Source: an uncultured bacterium (GTDB lineage: Bacteria; Bacteroidota; Ignavibacteria; OLB7). Taken from it: a stretch of 64,000 nt of DNA. Positions 1 through 9,122 of the stretch are shown here, one piece after another (the first letter of the stretch is position 1; each line of letters starts with the position of its first letter). The stretch is from positions 23,711 through 87,710 of the forward strand of contig CBHYLN010000002.1 of NCBI GenBank assembly GCA_966128725.1, written 5' to 3'. The position numbers and the translations under genes are program-made. The notes under the pieces were generated by a model, which ran no database searches, was not told where the DNA came from, and saw only the letters and a list, made by a program, of their open reading frames with translations.

Positions 1-420
1 AACTTCGCCGCCTGTTGCACTCCTCGATGAAACGCGGTCATGATCCGAAACGCCGATTCGTCGCTGTTGTGGCAGCGTGGCCAGGCGTCGGACAACTTGT
101 CCTCGAATGTGGAAAGCCCAAGGTCCCCAACAACAAGGCCCAGATTGGGATTGATCGATTCCACGTGCGGCACCAGTACATCGCCCACACCACGAATAAT
201 GGGGCGCAGCGCTCCGAAAATTGTGTGCGGATGCTCGCCGACAGGCCACAGTTGTTCGAGCCTGCTCTCGGCAAGGAACATGCTGGTAAGATTGGCCTGA
301 GGATCGAGATCCACTGCAAGTACGTTCTGGCCGCGATCGGCGATCATCGTTGCCAGATGATACACCAGCGTTGTTTGGCCTACGCCGCCCTTGTTGTTGA
401 AGAACGCAATCGTCTTCATG
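1..420 (-). CDS. ParA/MinD-family P-loop ATPase. N-terminal part only; the start codon is at 420 and the gene runs off the window edge.
   Basis: Reverse-strand translation from ATG at 420: MKTIAFFNNKGGVGQTTLVYHLATMIADRGQNVLAVDLDPQANLT... (deviant Walker A KGGVGKT-like motif). A 4-nt ATGA overlap with the upstream gene's stop indicates an operon. Not in the ORF track because it has no in-window stop. Confidence 0.8.
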
Positions 421-1597
421 GATGCCTCCTGATGGTGGCCAGAATGTACCCTGCCTCGAACAGGAATTCCGCGGGGGGGCTGCCATTACGTGCCAAGGCG
501 TCCTGAGCACGAATCACACCACGGCCAAATCGGTTGACATACCCCAGCGCTTTCATTGCCTCGGCTACAACCGGATTGCGATAGCTGGTTTGCCGGGGGA
601 AATTGGATGCGGACGCCTCCGCGTACAGCCCGCCGGGGCTCTGTATTTCGATGCGGTCATCCAGCCACGTGATGCGCAACGGGGCCGTTGAGGAATAATC
701 GCGGTGCATCACGGCGTTCATCAGCAGTTCGCGAACGGCCACGCGTGGAAATGACTCCACCGTTCGTTCGCTGAGCAGACTTTGAGATACCGGAAACTGC
801 GTGATGTTGGCTTCGACCAATGCATCCAGTTCGCGCAGAATTGTCAGAAGATCGCCGTCGAGCTCGCGATCGTTGACGATCGGGTCGGCCAGCGATGTGC
901 CCGCCACACGCAGGAACTGAATGTAGGCGCCCGGCAGCCAGCGGCGAACGTCGAGCCCGAACAATAACACGCCGGCATGGGTGGGGCAGTTGTGCGGCAG
1001 GTCGAAGAATCGTAGCGAGGCAAGCTGATCGGCAACCGAGCGATGATTTTCGGCAATGATTTCCGGAGCAATGGCCTGCTGCCGGTACTCGATGAGGAAC
1101 AGGCTGGTTGCAAGATCCTCCAGTTGGCTCCCAAGGCATGGCAACGCATCGAACGTGCGCGCATGAGCTACCCTGCGCTCAACCAGCATGCGTTCCTCGT
1201 GCTCGGTTGCATAACCGCGCCGCGGACCGATTCGTATACAGACACGGCCCTTGTAGCGTACCGGCGGCAACAAGGCCGGCTGCACCGTAACAACGGCGAC
1301 GTCGCCTTCGGCTGTTGTGATCTTCGTGACGGTGATGGCGGGCAAGGGTTGGATGTTCCCATCGTCGCGCAGGCCACCAAGGTTGCGCAAGTCCTCATCG
1401 CCGATGGTAAGGCCGGCTATGCGCCTGGAATCATCCACGCCAACAATCAAATACCCGGGTTTGCCATGATTAGGTAGATCGTTCGCGAACGCACAAACGG
1501 CTTCGGCGAACTTATCCCTGTCCCGCATCGACGTCGTCAGTTCCACACGATCGGTCTCGTGAGTCGCGATCAGCTCGTGAAGGTCGTGCTCGGTCAT
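416..1597 (-). CDS. ATP-binding protein / putative transcriptional regulator with a divergent-AAA (AlbA_2, Schlafen-like) N-domain and an HATPase_c_4 (RecG C-terminal-like) C-domain
   Basis: 393-aa ORF with high GC3. The domain architecture is recognised from sequence patterns (e.g. LLMNAVMHRDY). Translationally coupled to the downstream ParA-like gene. Confidence 0.55.
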   Translation of the reverse strand: MTEHDLHELIATHETDRVELTTSMRDRDKFAEAVCAFANDLPNHGKPGYLIVGVDDSRRIAGLTIGDEDLRNLGGLRDDGNIQPLPAITVTKITTAEGDVAVVTVQPALLPPVRYKGRVCIRIGPRRGYATEHEERMLVERRVAHARTFDALPCLGSQLEDLATSLFLIEYRQQAIAPEIIAENHRSVADQLASLRFFDLPHNCPTHAGVLLFGLDVRRWLPGAYIQFLRVAGTSLADPIVNDRELDGDLLTILRELDALVEANITQFPVSQSLLSERTVESFPRVAVRELLMNAVMHRDYSSTAPLRITWLDDRIEIQSPGGLYAEASASNFPRQTSYRNPVVAEAMKALGYVNRFGRGVIRAQDALARNGSPPAEFLFEAGYILATIRRHP

Positions 1598-1684
1598 CGT
1601 GGATTGGTCCCGATTCGTTGCGATATCGAAACGCCTGTGTACAAAAAAACCGCGGCGTCGTTGCCGACTCGCGGTTTTATTCTG

Positions 1685-1758
1685 TGGGCGATGTAGGACT
1701 CGAACCTACGACCTCTTCGATGTGAACGAAGCGCGCTAACCAACTGTGCCAATCGCCC
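1685..1758 (-). tRNA. tRNA-Val: tRNA-Val (anticodon CAC)
   Basis: Reverse complement GGGCGATTGGCACAGTTGGTTAGCGCGCTTCGTTCACATCGAAGAGGTCGTAGGTTCGAGTCCTACATCGCCCA folds into a cloverleaf: 7-bp acceptor stem, anticodon stem CTTCG/CGAAG with loop TTCACAT, and a GTTCGAGTC T-loop. CCA is not encoded. Confidence 0.85.
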
Positions 1759-1866
1759 GATTGGGGCCACAAATGTACATCAGGCCCCGCCGCTTGCGCA
1801 AGCGCGATTTTGTATCAGAATCAACATTCCGGCCCCGGCCGATGTGCCGTGCGGGCCGGCCGCCGC

Positions 1867-2442
1867 CTATCGCCGTGTGCGGCGCATCTGCTGCATCTGT
1901 TGCTGGCGCATCCGCAGGTTTGCCGGCGCCTGCTGCATCATCTTCGCCACATCCTTGATCTGCTTCATCAGTTCGTCGCTCGGCTCCAGCTCCTGGGCCT
2001 CCTTCAACAGGCGGCGGGCGGCTTCCTTGTTCTCGGCGTTGAACTCCACCTGCGCCAGCATGAACAACACGCTTGCCTTTTCGTCGGTGGTCTGGAACTT
2101 GCCCACTTCCAGCGCGTTCTTGAACGCGGATCGGGCGCCCTTCATGTTGTTGGAGCGCACTTCCACCTGGCCCAGCAGCATGTAGTGGTATGTCCGGGAG
2201 TAGGGGTTCAGGCGGTCCGGATTCTTCACCTTCTCCAGCTTCGCGCGGGCGCCGGCGATGTCGCCGGCCATCAACATCTTGGAGACGTCGCCCACCTGAT
2301 TGAATCGCCAGGTGAAATACAGGAAGGTGCCGCCCAACGCGGTAAGGATGCCGCCAAGGATCCACCACTGAAACGCAAGCAGCGCAAGGCCGATGGCCGT
2401 GACGCCGATGATGATGCCAAGTATGAGCTTCTGATTCAACAT
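1867..2442 (-). CDS. Membrane-anchored TPR-like repeat protein
   Basis: ATG at 2442 gives MLNQKLILGIIIGVTAIGLALLAFQWWILGG..., two TM helices followed by TPR-like helical repeats. The longer 550-aa ORF in the track is a run-through of antisense frame. Confidence 0.6.
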   Translation of the reverse strand: MLNQKLILGIIIGVTAIGLALLAFQWWILGGILTALGGTFLYFTWRFNQVGDVSKMLMAGDIAGARAKLEKVKNPDRLNPYSRTYHYMLLGQVEVRSNNMKGARSAFKNALEVGKFQTTDEKASVLFMLAQVEFNAENKEAARRLLKEAQELEPSDELMKQIKDVAKMMQQAPANLRMRQQQMQQMRRTRR

Positions 2443-2582
2443 CCGAATATCGGAACAGGTTATGGATGAACGAAGAATGAAGGAATGACGACGGACGACT
2501 CGCGATCGCGGCCGCGGGTCACCGGCAGGGCACGCGCCCGGCCGCCGGCCTTTGGCTGGAACCGTCGCCTGGCGGCGCGCGG

Positions 2583-3125
2583 TTATTTCACCAGCGCCTG
2601 CACGGCCTTGAACTCGGGGATGTCCGCGCGGTCCATGATCTCGAACAGCGCCATCTCCACCGAGGTCTGCGTGATGCCCAGGCCGCGCATATGCTCCAGC
2701 GCGATCTGCTTGTTGCTCTCGGTGCGCGAGCCCACGGCGTCGGCCACGATCTCCACGGTATGGCCCATGTTGCGCAGGTCGCGCGCAGTCTGGTACACGC
2801 ATACGTGCGTTTCGGCGCCGCACACGATGATGTTCTCGCGTGCGGCAATCTCCAGCTCGCCACGGAACGTAAGATCGCCCATCGCCGAGAAGCTCATCTT
2901 CTCGATGGGGCGGTACCACTCGCCCAGCGCCTCGCGCACTTCCGGCAGCGTGGTGCCCAGGCCCTTGGGGTACTGCTCGGAAACCAGCATCGGGATGCCA
3001 AGCAGGGAACAGCCCTTCACAAGACGCACCACGTTCTCCACGATGGCGGCGCCGCCCGCGATGGCGGGCATCATGCGCTCCTGCACATCCACAACAATCA
3101 GCAGGGTATGATGACGATCGAGCAT
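2583..3125 (-). CDS. Isochorismatase-family cysteine hydrolase
   Basis: 180 aa. LLIVVDVQ... and CGAETHVCV motifs are typical of the isochorismatase fold. Confidence 0.85.
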   Translation of the reverse strand: MLDRHHTLLIVVDVQERMMPAIAGGAAIVENVVRLVKGCSLLGIPMLVSEQYPKGLGTTLPEVREALGEWYRPIEKMSFSAMGDLTFRGELEIAARENIIVCGAETHVCVYQTARDLRNMGHTVEIVADAVGSRTESNKQIALEHMRGLGITQTSVEMALFEIMDRADIPEFKAVQALVK

Positions 3126-3308
3126 CGAACAATCCTTTGATATTGAGGCGCCAACTTACGCAATTGCGGCGGATCGCGTTCCCGCGCGGTGCGCGCGCAA
3201 ACCGATGGTGGCGCATCAGGCAAATTCGCCGGGTGCGCCACCATGCACGGCCGTTGTTGTTCGCGCCGGGCCTTGCCCCGTGTGCGGAAGCTACCGCCTG
3301 ACAGGCTG

Positions 3309-4811
3309 CTAGTGCCCGCGCGCCAGAAGCTCGGTAATGGCCGGGGCCACATCGCCGGCGCCGGGCGCATCGGCCGAGACGATCCGGCCATTGGCGTCCA
3401 GAAGGATATGGTGAGGCAGGGCGGATGTCCGGTACCGCTGTGCAAGCGCCGAGCTGAATCCGGCGGCTTCGCGCAGGTGAACGCCGCGCACGCCGTTGAC
3501 CTCGATGAACCTCCGCCATGCCTTCTCCGAGGCATCGAACGACACGTACAGATATGTCACCGAATCACCGAAGCGTGCCTGCAGCTTCGCGGTCTGTGTC
3601 TTCAGCTCCTGCACACACGGGGCACAGTTGGTTGCCCAGATGTCGATATACACCGGGCGCCCCTTCAGTTGCGAAAGCGTGACCGGTTTGCCCTGCAGGT
3701 CGGGCAACGTGAAATCGGGCGCCGGGCGCCCAGGCATGAACGCCAGACGGAATTCGAGCTCGCGATCCAGCATGGCAACGTATTCGCGATTGCTGGCCTC
3801 GGTTCGGAATCGGCGTGTGAGCTCGTTGAAATCGTTGTTGACACGGGCTATCATTTCCGCGTACTTGACCGAGTCGGCCGAGGCCGCCTGCTGCACGTAT
3901 TCAAGCTGGCTTGCAATGCACCACAGATGCGCCATATCAAGCCCGTACCCGCGCAGGTGCTCGGCCGCAAGCCGCAGATTGTCCGTGTTCTCCGCTGCCC
4001 GATCCACGGCGCCCCCCGAGGCCTTCATCGAATCGGCCCAGCGCCGGTAACGATTCCGCATGTACTCCCGAACGAAATACGCGTACCCGGGTATGATGTC
4101 GGCGTTGCGGGTGTTCAGCGCCATTGTGTCGAGAAAGGTATAATACCCGGCCCATGTTGCCGCGTTGCCCGGCTCCTTGTGAGCGCGTGCATATTTCCAC
4201 ACGAACTGCAGCCGATCGTATGCCCAGCGGTAATACACTCGCCCGGTGAGAAAGGCCCGGAAGACATCGGAGGGCGGATGCTTCTTGAACGCATCCTCCA
4301 CAAACCGCAGTTGGTCGCTCAACCTGCGATCGGCAAGCGCGGCGAACTGGGCCGGCTCCATCTTCTGGTATGCGTTCTGGAACTCGTCGTACGCCGCGCC
4401 GTTGAAGAACTTCGTGGCGAATTCAGCCAGCAGATCGTTGTGCGCTTCGTGGTTGCCGCCGATCACCGTCTCGGTGGCCTTCCCCCGCCGGGCATAGTCA
4501 ACGCGGACGGTATCGCCGGGCGCGATGTACTTCTGATACGTGATATAGTCATCGCCGACCTTTACGTGGAACTCCACCGGGTGCTCAAGGTGCAACATGA
4601 TGGAGTACCGGCCGTCCTTGCCGATCCTGACCGAGTCGGTTGTTCCCCGGCTGAAGATATCGTCGAAGGCGGAGGCATAGTAGCCAACCAGAACGTTGGC
4701 GGCGTTCGCGTTGCGTATCACGCCGTGGATGACCGCAGTGGGTTGTGTTGGCTGGGCCTGCAGGGAGATGTGTGCTACGGCGGCGAGAGCAAGAACGGAT
4801 AGTAGGCGCAT
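3309..4811 (-). CDS. TlpA/ResA-like thiol-disulfide oxidoreductase with a large N-terminal domain and signal peptide
   Basis: The C-terminal thioredoxin fold carries a WATNCAPC active site. Signal peptide MRLLSVLALAAVAHISLQAQ. The start is 4811 (second Met) or 4823. Confidence 0.8.
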   Translation of the reverse strand: MRLLSVLALAAVAHISLQAQPTQPTAVIHGVIRNANAANVLVGYYASAFDDIFSRGTTDSVRIGKDGRYSIMLHLEHPVEFHVKVGDDYITYQKYIAPGDTVRVDYARRGKATETVIGGNHEAHNDLLAEFATKFFNGAAYDEFQNAYQKMEPAQFAALADRRLSDQLRFVEDAFKKHPPSDVFRAFLTGRVYYRWAYDRLQFVWKYARAHKEPGNAATWAGYYTFLDTMALNTRNADIIPGYAYFVREYMRNRYRRWADSMKASGGAVDRAAENTDNLRLAAEHLRGYGLDMAHLWCIASQLEYVQQAASADSVKYAEMIARVNNDFNELTRRFRTEASNREYVAMLDRELEFRLAFMPGRPAPDFTLPDLQGKPVTLSQLKGRPVYIDIWATNCAPCVQELKTQTAKLQARFGDSVTYLYVSFDASEKAWRRFIEVNGVRGVHLREAAGFSSALAQRYRTSALPHHILLDANGRIVSADAPGAGDVAPAITELLARGH

Positions 4812-5232
4812 CGAGGTATCCATCTGTTCGTGTGTGAATGAATGCCGTCGGGATGATCCGTCGATAGGGCTGTATCGATACGGAAACCTGCGCCGTGGTT
4901 ATGTGGCCCGATACTGCATCCGGGAGGAAGCGGGCGCAAATTATCAAATCCGTATCAATCAATGTCCCGTTTCGGCAACAGCGTTTGCTGCATTGCGCTA
5001 CGAGCGTCGCGGTGACTACCGCATGCGCCGGGATTGGCGAGCGTTTGTTGCGCCGGCCGCTGCCGGGCCATGCGCCGCGCCTGGCGGATCGGGGCACGTT
5101 CTGTTTCTTGCGCGTTGACGAACGAATCCCCTACCTTGCAGCGCGTATCGCTTCGCAGGCTCCCGGATTCATGGACGCATCCGGGCGTTCGTGTAACTCC
5201 GGTTCCAGCGCATTTTAGACGATTCTCTACTC

Positions 5233-7077
5233 ATGGACCATTCCGAGCTGATTCGCCGCATCAACGATCACGTGCTCCTGTTCGACGGCGCCACCGGCAC
5301 GTCGCTGCAGAACCAGAACCTTACCGCCGATGACTTCGGTGGCCCGGATCTGGAGGGCTGTAACGAGTATCTCTGCGTTTCCAAGCCCGAGGCCGTGCGC
5401 AAGGTGCATGTGGACTTCCTGGAGGCCGGCGCCGATATCATCGAAACCAACTCGTTCGGTTCGGCCTCGATTGTGCTGGCGGAGTACGATCTGGCCGACC
5501 GTGCCTACGAGCTGAGCCGCCTTTCGGCGGAGATCGCCCGTGACTGCGCCGACCAATACAGCACGCCGGAGTGGCCGCGCTTCGTGGCCGGTTCGGTTGG
5601 CCCAACAACGAAGCTGGTGTCGCTGGGGCAGATCGAGTTCGACGATATGCGCGGCTCGTATTACGAACAGATTGCCGGCCTTGTTGATGGCGGCGCCGAT
5701 CTGCTCTGCATCGAGACCTGCCAGGACCCCCTGCAGATCAAGGCGGCGCTGGGCGGCGCGATGGATTTCTTCGAGCGCGGCGGCCCAACCGGCTCACCGG
5801 CTCGCAAGGTGCCGATCATCGCCTCGGTGACGATCGAGCTTACCGGCACGATGCTGATGGGCACGGAGATTGCCGCGGCGCTTACGCTGCTTGAGCCGTA
5901 CGATATCATCACCATGGTGGGCATGAACTGCGCCACCGGCCCGAAGGAGATGGAGGAGAACCTTCGCTATCTCTGCCAGAACTCGCCGAAGCCCATTTTT
6001 GTGATGCCGAACGCCGGCATCCCGGAGAACATCGGCGGCCACGCGCATTACCACCTGACCCCGGAGGAGATGGTGACGTGGATGCGCAAGTACATCGGCG
6101 AGCTGGGCGTTTCGGTGGTGGGCGGCTGCTGCGGCACTACGCCCGACCATATCCGCGCGCTGCGTGGGCTGCTGAACGATGTCACGCGCGCCGAGCGTCA
6201 CTGGGAGTACACGCCCTCGGTGAGCTCCATCTACGGCTCGGTGCCGATGCAGGTGGAGCCCGCCCCGCTTCTGGTGGGCGAGCGCTGCAACGCGAACGGC
6301 TCCAAGAAATTCCGCGACCTGCTGGCCGCCGAGAACTACGACGCCATGGTGAACATGGCCAAGGAGCAGATCCGCGAGGGCGCGCATGTGCTGGATGTGT
6401 GCGTGGCCTTTGTTGGGCGCGACGAGAAGCGCGACATGACCGAGGTGGTGCGCCGGTTCAACACGCAGGTGGCGCTGCCGCTGGTGCTGGACTCCACGGA
6501 GGTGCCCGTGCTGGAGGCCGCGTTGAAGCTGTGCGCCGGGCGGGCGATCATCAACTCGATCAACTTCGAGGACGGCCCGGAAAAAGCGGCCGAGATCCTG
6601 CGCCTTGCCAAGCGTTACGGCGCGGCGGTGATTGCGCTGTCGATCGACGAGGAAGGGCAGGCGTACTCCTTCGAGAAGAAGGTGGCGATTGCCCGACGCA
6701 TCCGTGACTTCGCCGTGAACGAACATGGGCTGCGCGAGGAGGATCTGATTTTCGACGCGCTCACGTTCCCGCTGGGCGCGGGCTCGGAGGACCTGCGCGA
6801 CAGCGGCATCAACACGCTGAACGCGATCCGCGAGATCAAGCGGACGATGCCGCGCGCCAAGACGATTCTGGGCGTCAGCAACTGTTCGTTCGGGCTTTCG
6901 CCGGTAACGCGCCAGGTGGTGAACTCGGTGTTCCTGCACAACGCTGTGGAGGCCGGTCTGGACATGGCGATCGTGCATGCCTCGAAGATTCTGCCGCTGT
7001 ACCGGCTGGACGAACGCGGCGCCGAGATCGCGCGGCAGCTTGTGTTCGACGAACGCCAGTTCGAGGAGGTAGGATAA
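5233..7077 (+). CDS. metH: Methionine synthase N-terminal half: homocysteine S-methyltransferase plus pterin-binding (MeTr) modules, lacking B12-binding and activation domains
   Basis: 614 aa. LLFDGATGT...GADIIETNSF (Hcy module, Cys ligands GMNCATGP / GGCCGTTP), then the pterin-binding barrel. It ends at the position of the E. coli MetH linker before the cap/B12 domain. Confidence 0.85.
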   Translation: MDHSELIRRINDHVLLFDGATGTSLQNQNLTADDFGGPDLEGCNEYLCVSKPEAVRKVHVDFLEAGADIIETNSFGSASIVLAEYDLADRAYELSRLSAEIARDCADQYSTPEWPRFVAGSVGPTTKLVSLGQIEFDDMRGSYYEQIAGLVDGGADLLCIETCQDPLQIKAALGGAMDFFERGGPTGSPARKVPIIASVTIELTGTMLMGTEIAAALTLLEPYDIITMVGMNCATGPKEMEENLRYLCQNSPKPIFVMPNAGIPENIGGHAHYHLTPEEMVTWMRKYIGELGVSVVGGCCGTTPDHIRALRGLLNDVTRAERHWEYTPSVSSIYGSVPMQVEPAPLLVGERCNANGSKKFRDLLAAENYDAMVNMAKEQIREGAHVLDVCVAFVGRDEKRDMTEVVRRFNTQVALPLVLDSTEVPVLEAALKLCAGRAIINSINFEDGPEKAAEILRLAKRYGAAVIALSIDEEGQAYSFEKKVAIARRIRDFAVNEHGLREEDLIFDALTFPLGAGSEDLRDSGINTLNAIREIKRTMPRAKTILGVSNCSFGLSPVTRQVVNSVFLHNAVEAGLDMAIVHASKILPLYRLDERGAEIARQLVFDERQFEEVG

Positions 7078-7365
7078 GCAGGCGTTGATGCGTTTGCGGG
7101 CGGCGTTGCCTGGCAGGCGGGAGATTGAAAACCTCGAAAGCACGCTATCGTCAGGTCCCCAGCGGGGGCACGGGTCGGGCGAAGGTCGGTACGGCGCCAT
7201 GAAGAACGGTCCGCTCCGATGGAGCTTCAATTGGCTTCGGGCACCTCTCTGCTACAGACAGGTGCCTCCTACGGAGGCCTGTCCCTGCGACGTTGATTGC
7301 GCTTGCTGGTCGCCATTGCCGCGACGCATTGACTCATGCGAACACGCCGTTGGGCAACGTCGGGG

Positions 7366-9111
7366 TCAGCGCATCACCGCGAACCGGAAGCGCAGGCAGC
7401 GTGTGCCGTTTGCAAGCGTGCCAACGTACATGCCGCTTGGCAGATCGGCCACCGCGACATCTATCGTTCCATTGGTTGGCGCCACCATGCCGTGCCGTAC
7501 GGTGGCGCCGGTGACGGCCGCAATCGTGATGGTGGCCTGTGCAGGCGGGGTGCCGGCCAACGCGATCACCAGCCGATTGCCGTGTACCAGCGCCGAGCCG
7601 ATCGCCAACGCACCATCACTGCCCGCGCCGCCGACATCGCTTGTTGCGTCCAACATCTCGAACTGAAGCAGGCGGGTGCCTGCGGTGTCGAACGATTCCA
7701 CGATCAGCCGGTGGCGCGGCGCCGTCTCGATACGGATACGTCCAACCGCCGGCGACGTACCGGGCTGCAGCTCGGTCCAGATATTCAGCCCGAACCCCTT
7801 CATCTTCTCGAACACGTCGGAGACGGCGTGGTCCAGCGCGCCGGCCATGAACTCCGGCACAAGCGAGTGTTCGCCGTTGTCGTACACGTTGCTGTGCGCG
7901 TCGCCGCAGATCACCAGCATGTTCCGCGCCGCGCCTTCGGAAATCACCGCTTTCATCGAATCCACATCGGCCGGATACCCGGCCCACTTGTCGGCGAACT
8001 CAAGCGCGTAATCCTTGCGATTGGCAATCAGCATCAACTGAATGGCGGGGCCTGCCGCGGGGTTGAAGAACACCGGGCTTGCCAGGATCTTCCAGCGCGC
8101 CTTCGAGCCGCGTATCGCCTGAAGCAGCCACGTCCGTTGGTCAACACCGCTTACCGGATACCCGGCCAGCATCGAGTGTCCGGGCTTGGGCGCGAACGTG
8201 TTGCCCACGAATGCGCTGTCGGCCGGGTTGCGCTGCGAGCGGTCGTCGATCACGAACACCTCCGCATTGCCGATGGTGAACGAGTGCCAGATGCCAGCGG
8301 CGCCGTTGGCCAGCCCGTAGTGCGGGATGTATCGTTGATAGGCTTCAAGCAGCGCGCGCTTCACGGTGTCCGGCGCCGAACCCGCGCTGGAATTATTGCC
8401 GAGGTAGTCGTGGTCGTCCCAGGCGTAGGCCACGGGCATCACACCCAGCACATCGCGCGCAAACGGGTAGGCCGTGTCCAGCCGCATCTCGTACGAGCGG
8501 CGGATGCTGCCGGCCGCGGCCGGATATCCGGGAACCAGATTGTCCGGGTAGGTCCAGTCGCCCATCTGCACGAACACGTCGCCGCCCAGCGCTGCCGCGG
8601 TTGCAAACAACGGCCCTGTGTCGCCGGCTTGGTCGCGCTGGCAGGAACCGAACAGGATGGAGACGGGGGCATCGGCGCCGGCGGATGGGAATGTGCGGAA
8701 CGATTGCGTGCGCGAGATCGTGTTGCCGCCCGCATCCTCGGCCCGGTAATAGTATCGGGTGCTTGGCAGCAGTCCGCCAAGGACGATCCTGGCCGTGTTG
8801 TCGGTCGATGCGTCGGTCTGTGCCGGCGGGGTTGTCCGTGCGCCGGTGAAGGTGCTGTCGGCGCTGTAGCGCACGCTCACGGCGCCGGGCGCATCAAGCC
8901 ACAGCGCTACCGTGGCCGACGTATCGGTAACGGCGCCGGCCAACGGGAAACAATGCATCCGCTGCGCCCGCGCCGCCGACCCGCAAGCGATCAGCGACAG
9001 AAGGATGATCACGACCGTACGCCGGGCGTGCGGGTTGTGTGCGCAGTGAGTGTGGTTCCGGTGTGGGCTGGCTGATGTAGGCTGTGCCATGGCATGGAGC
9101 AGGAAAGGCAT
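7366..9111 (-). CDS. PhoD-like metallophosphatase (alkaline phosphatase D family) with a T9SS C-terminal sorting domain
   Basis: Calcineurin-like motifs (GDWTYPDN, AWDDHDY, GDAHSN). The C-terminal ~80 aa match the T9SS type-A CTD pattern. The start is uncertain: 9111 lies inside a 16-nt tandem duplication, and Met8 is an alternative. Confidence 0.8.
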   Translation of the reverse strand: MPFLLHAMAQPTSASPHRNHTHCAHNPHARRTVVIILLSLIACGSAARAQRMHCFPLAGAVTDTSATVALWLDAPGAVSVRYSADSTFTGARTTPPAQTDASTDNTARIVLGGLLPSTRYYYRAEDAGGNTISRTQSFRTFPSAGADAPVSILFGSCQRDQAGDTGPLFATAAALGGDVFVQMGDWTYPDNLVPGYPAAAGSIRRSYEMRLDTAYPFARDVLGVMPVAYAWDDHDYLGNNSSAGSAPDTVKRALLEAYQRYIPHYGLANGAAGIWHSFTIGNAEVFVIDDRSQRNPADSAFVGNTFAPKPGHSMLAGYPVSGVDQRTWLLQAIRGSKARWKILASPVFFNPAAGPAIQLMLIANRKDYALEFADKWAGYPADVDSMKAVISEGAARNMLVICGDAHSNVYDNGEHSLVPEFMAGALDHAVSDVFEKMKGFGLNIWTELQPGTSPAVGRIRIETAPRHRLIVESFDTAGTRLLQFEMLDATSDVGGAGSDGALAIGSALVHGNRLVIALAGTPPAQATITIAAVTGATVRHGMVAPTNGTIDVAVADLPSGMYVGTLANGTRCLRFRFAVMR

Positions 9112-9122
9112 GGAGCAGGAAA
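9091..9122. repeat. Perfect 16-nt tandem duplication (GGCATGGAGCAGGAAA x2) spanning the annotated phoD-like start codon
   Basis: Read directly from the sequence. On the coding strand it duplicates CTTTCCTGCTCCATGC, creating the MPFLLH N-terminal extension. Confidence 0.7.

Noticed and set aside
1867-3519. 550-aa ORF on the minus strand (Arg/Ala/Gly-rich N-terminal part)
   Set aside because: Only the last 191 codons (TM + TPR protein) look coding. The rest is low-complexity and antisense to the isochorismatase region, a typical high-GC run-through.
3189-4802. 537-aa plus-strand ORF
   Set aside because: Lies entirely antisense to the TlpA-like gene, which has a clear signal peptide and CxxC motif. 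Composition is Arg/Gly/Pro-biased with no family match.
5794-7230. 478-aa minus-strand ORF
   Set aside because: Antisense to metH. Low-complexity, His/Arg/Leu-rich.
7085-7666. 193-aa plus-strand ORF directly after the metH stop (tested as a possible continuation into a B12 domain)
   Set aside because: The translation has no similarity to the MetH cap/B12 domain and overlaps the convergent PhoD gene. metH is therefore genuinely truncated here.
7336-9075. 579-aa plus-strand ORF
   Set aside because: Antisense to the PhoD-like gene, whose calcineurin motifs and CTD are unambiguous.
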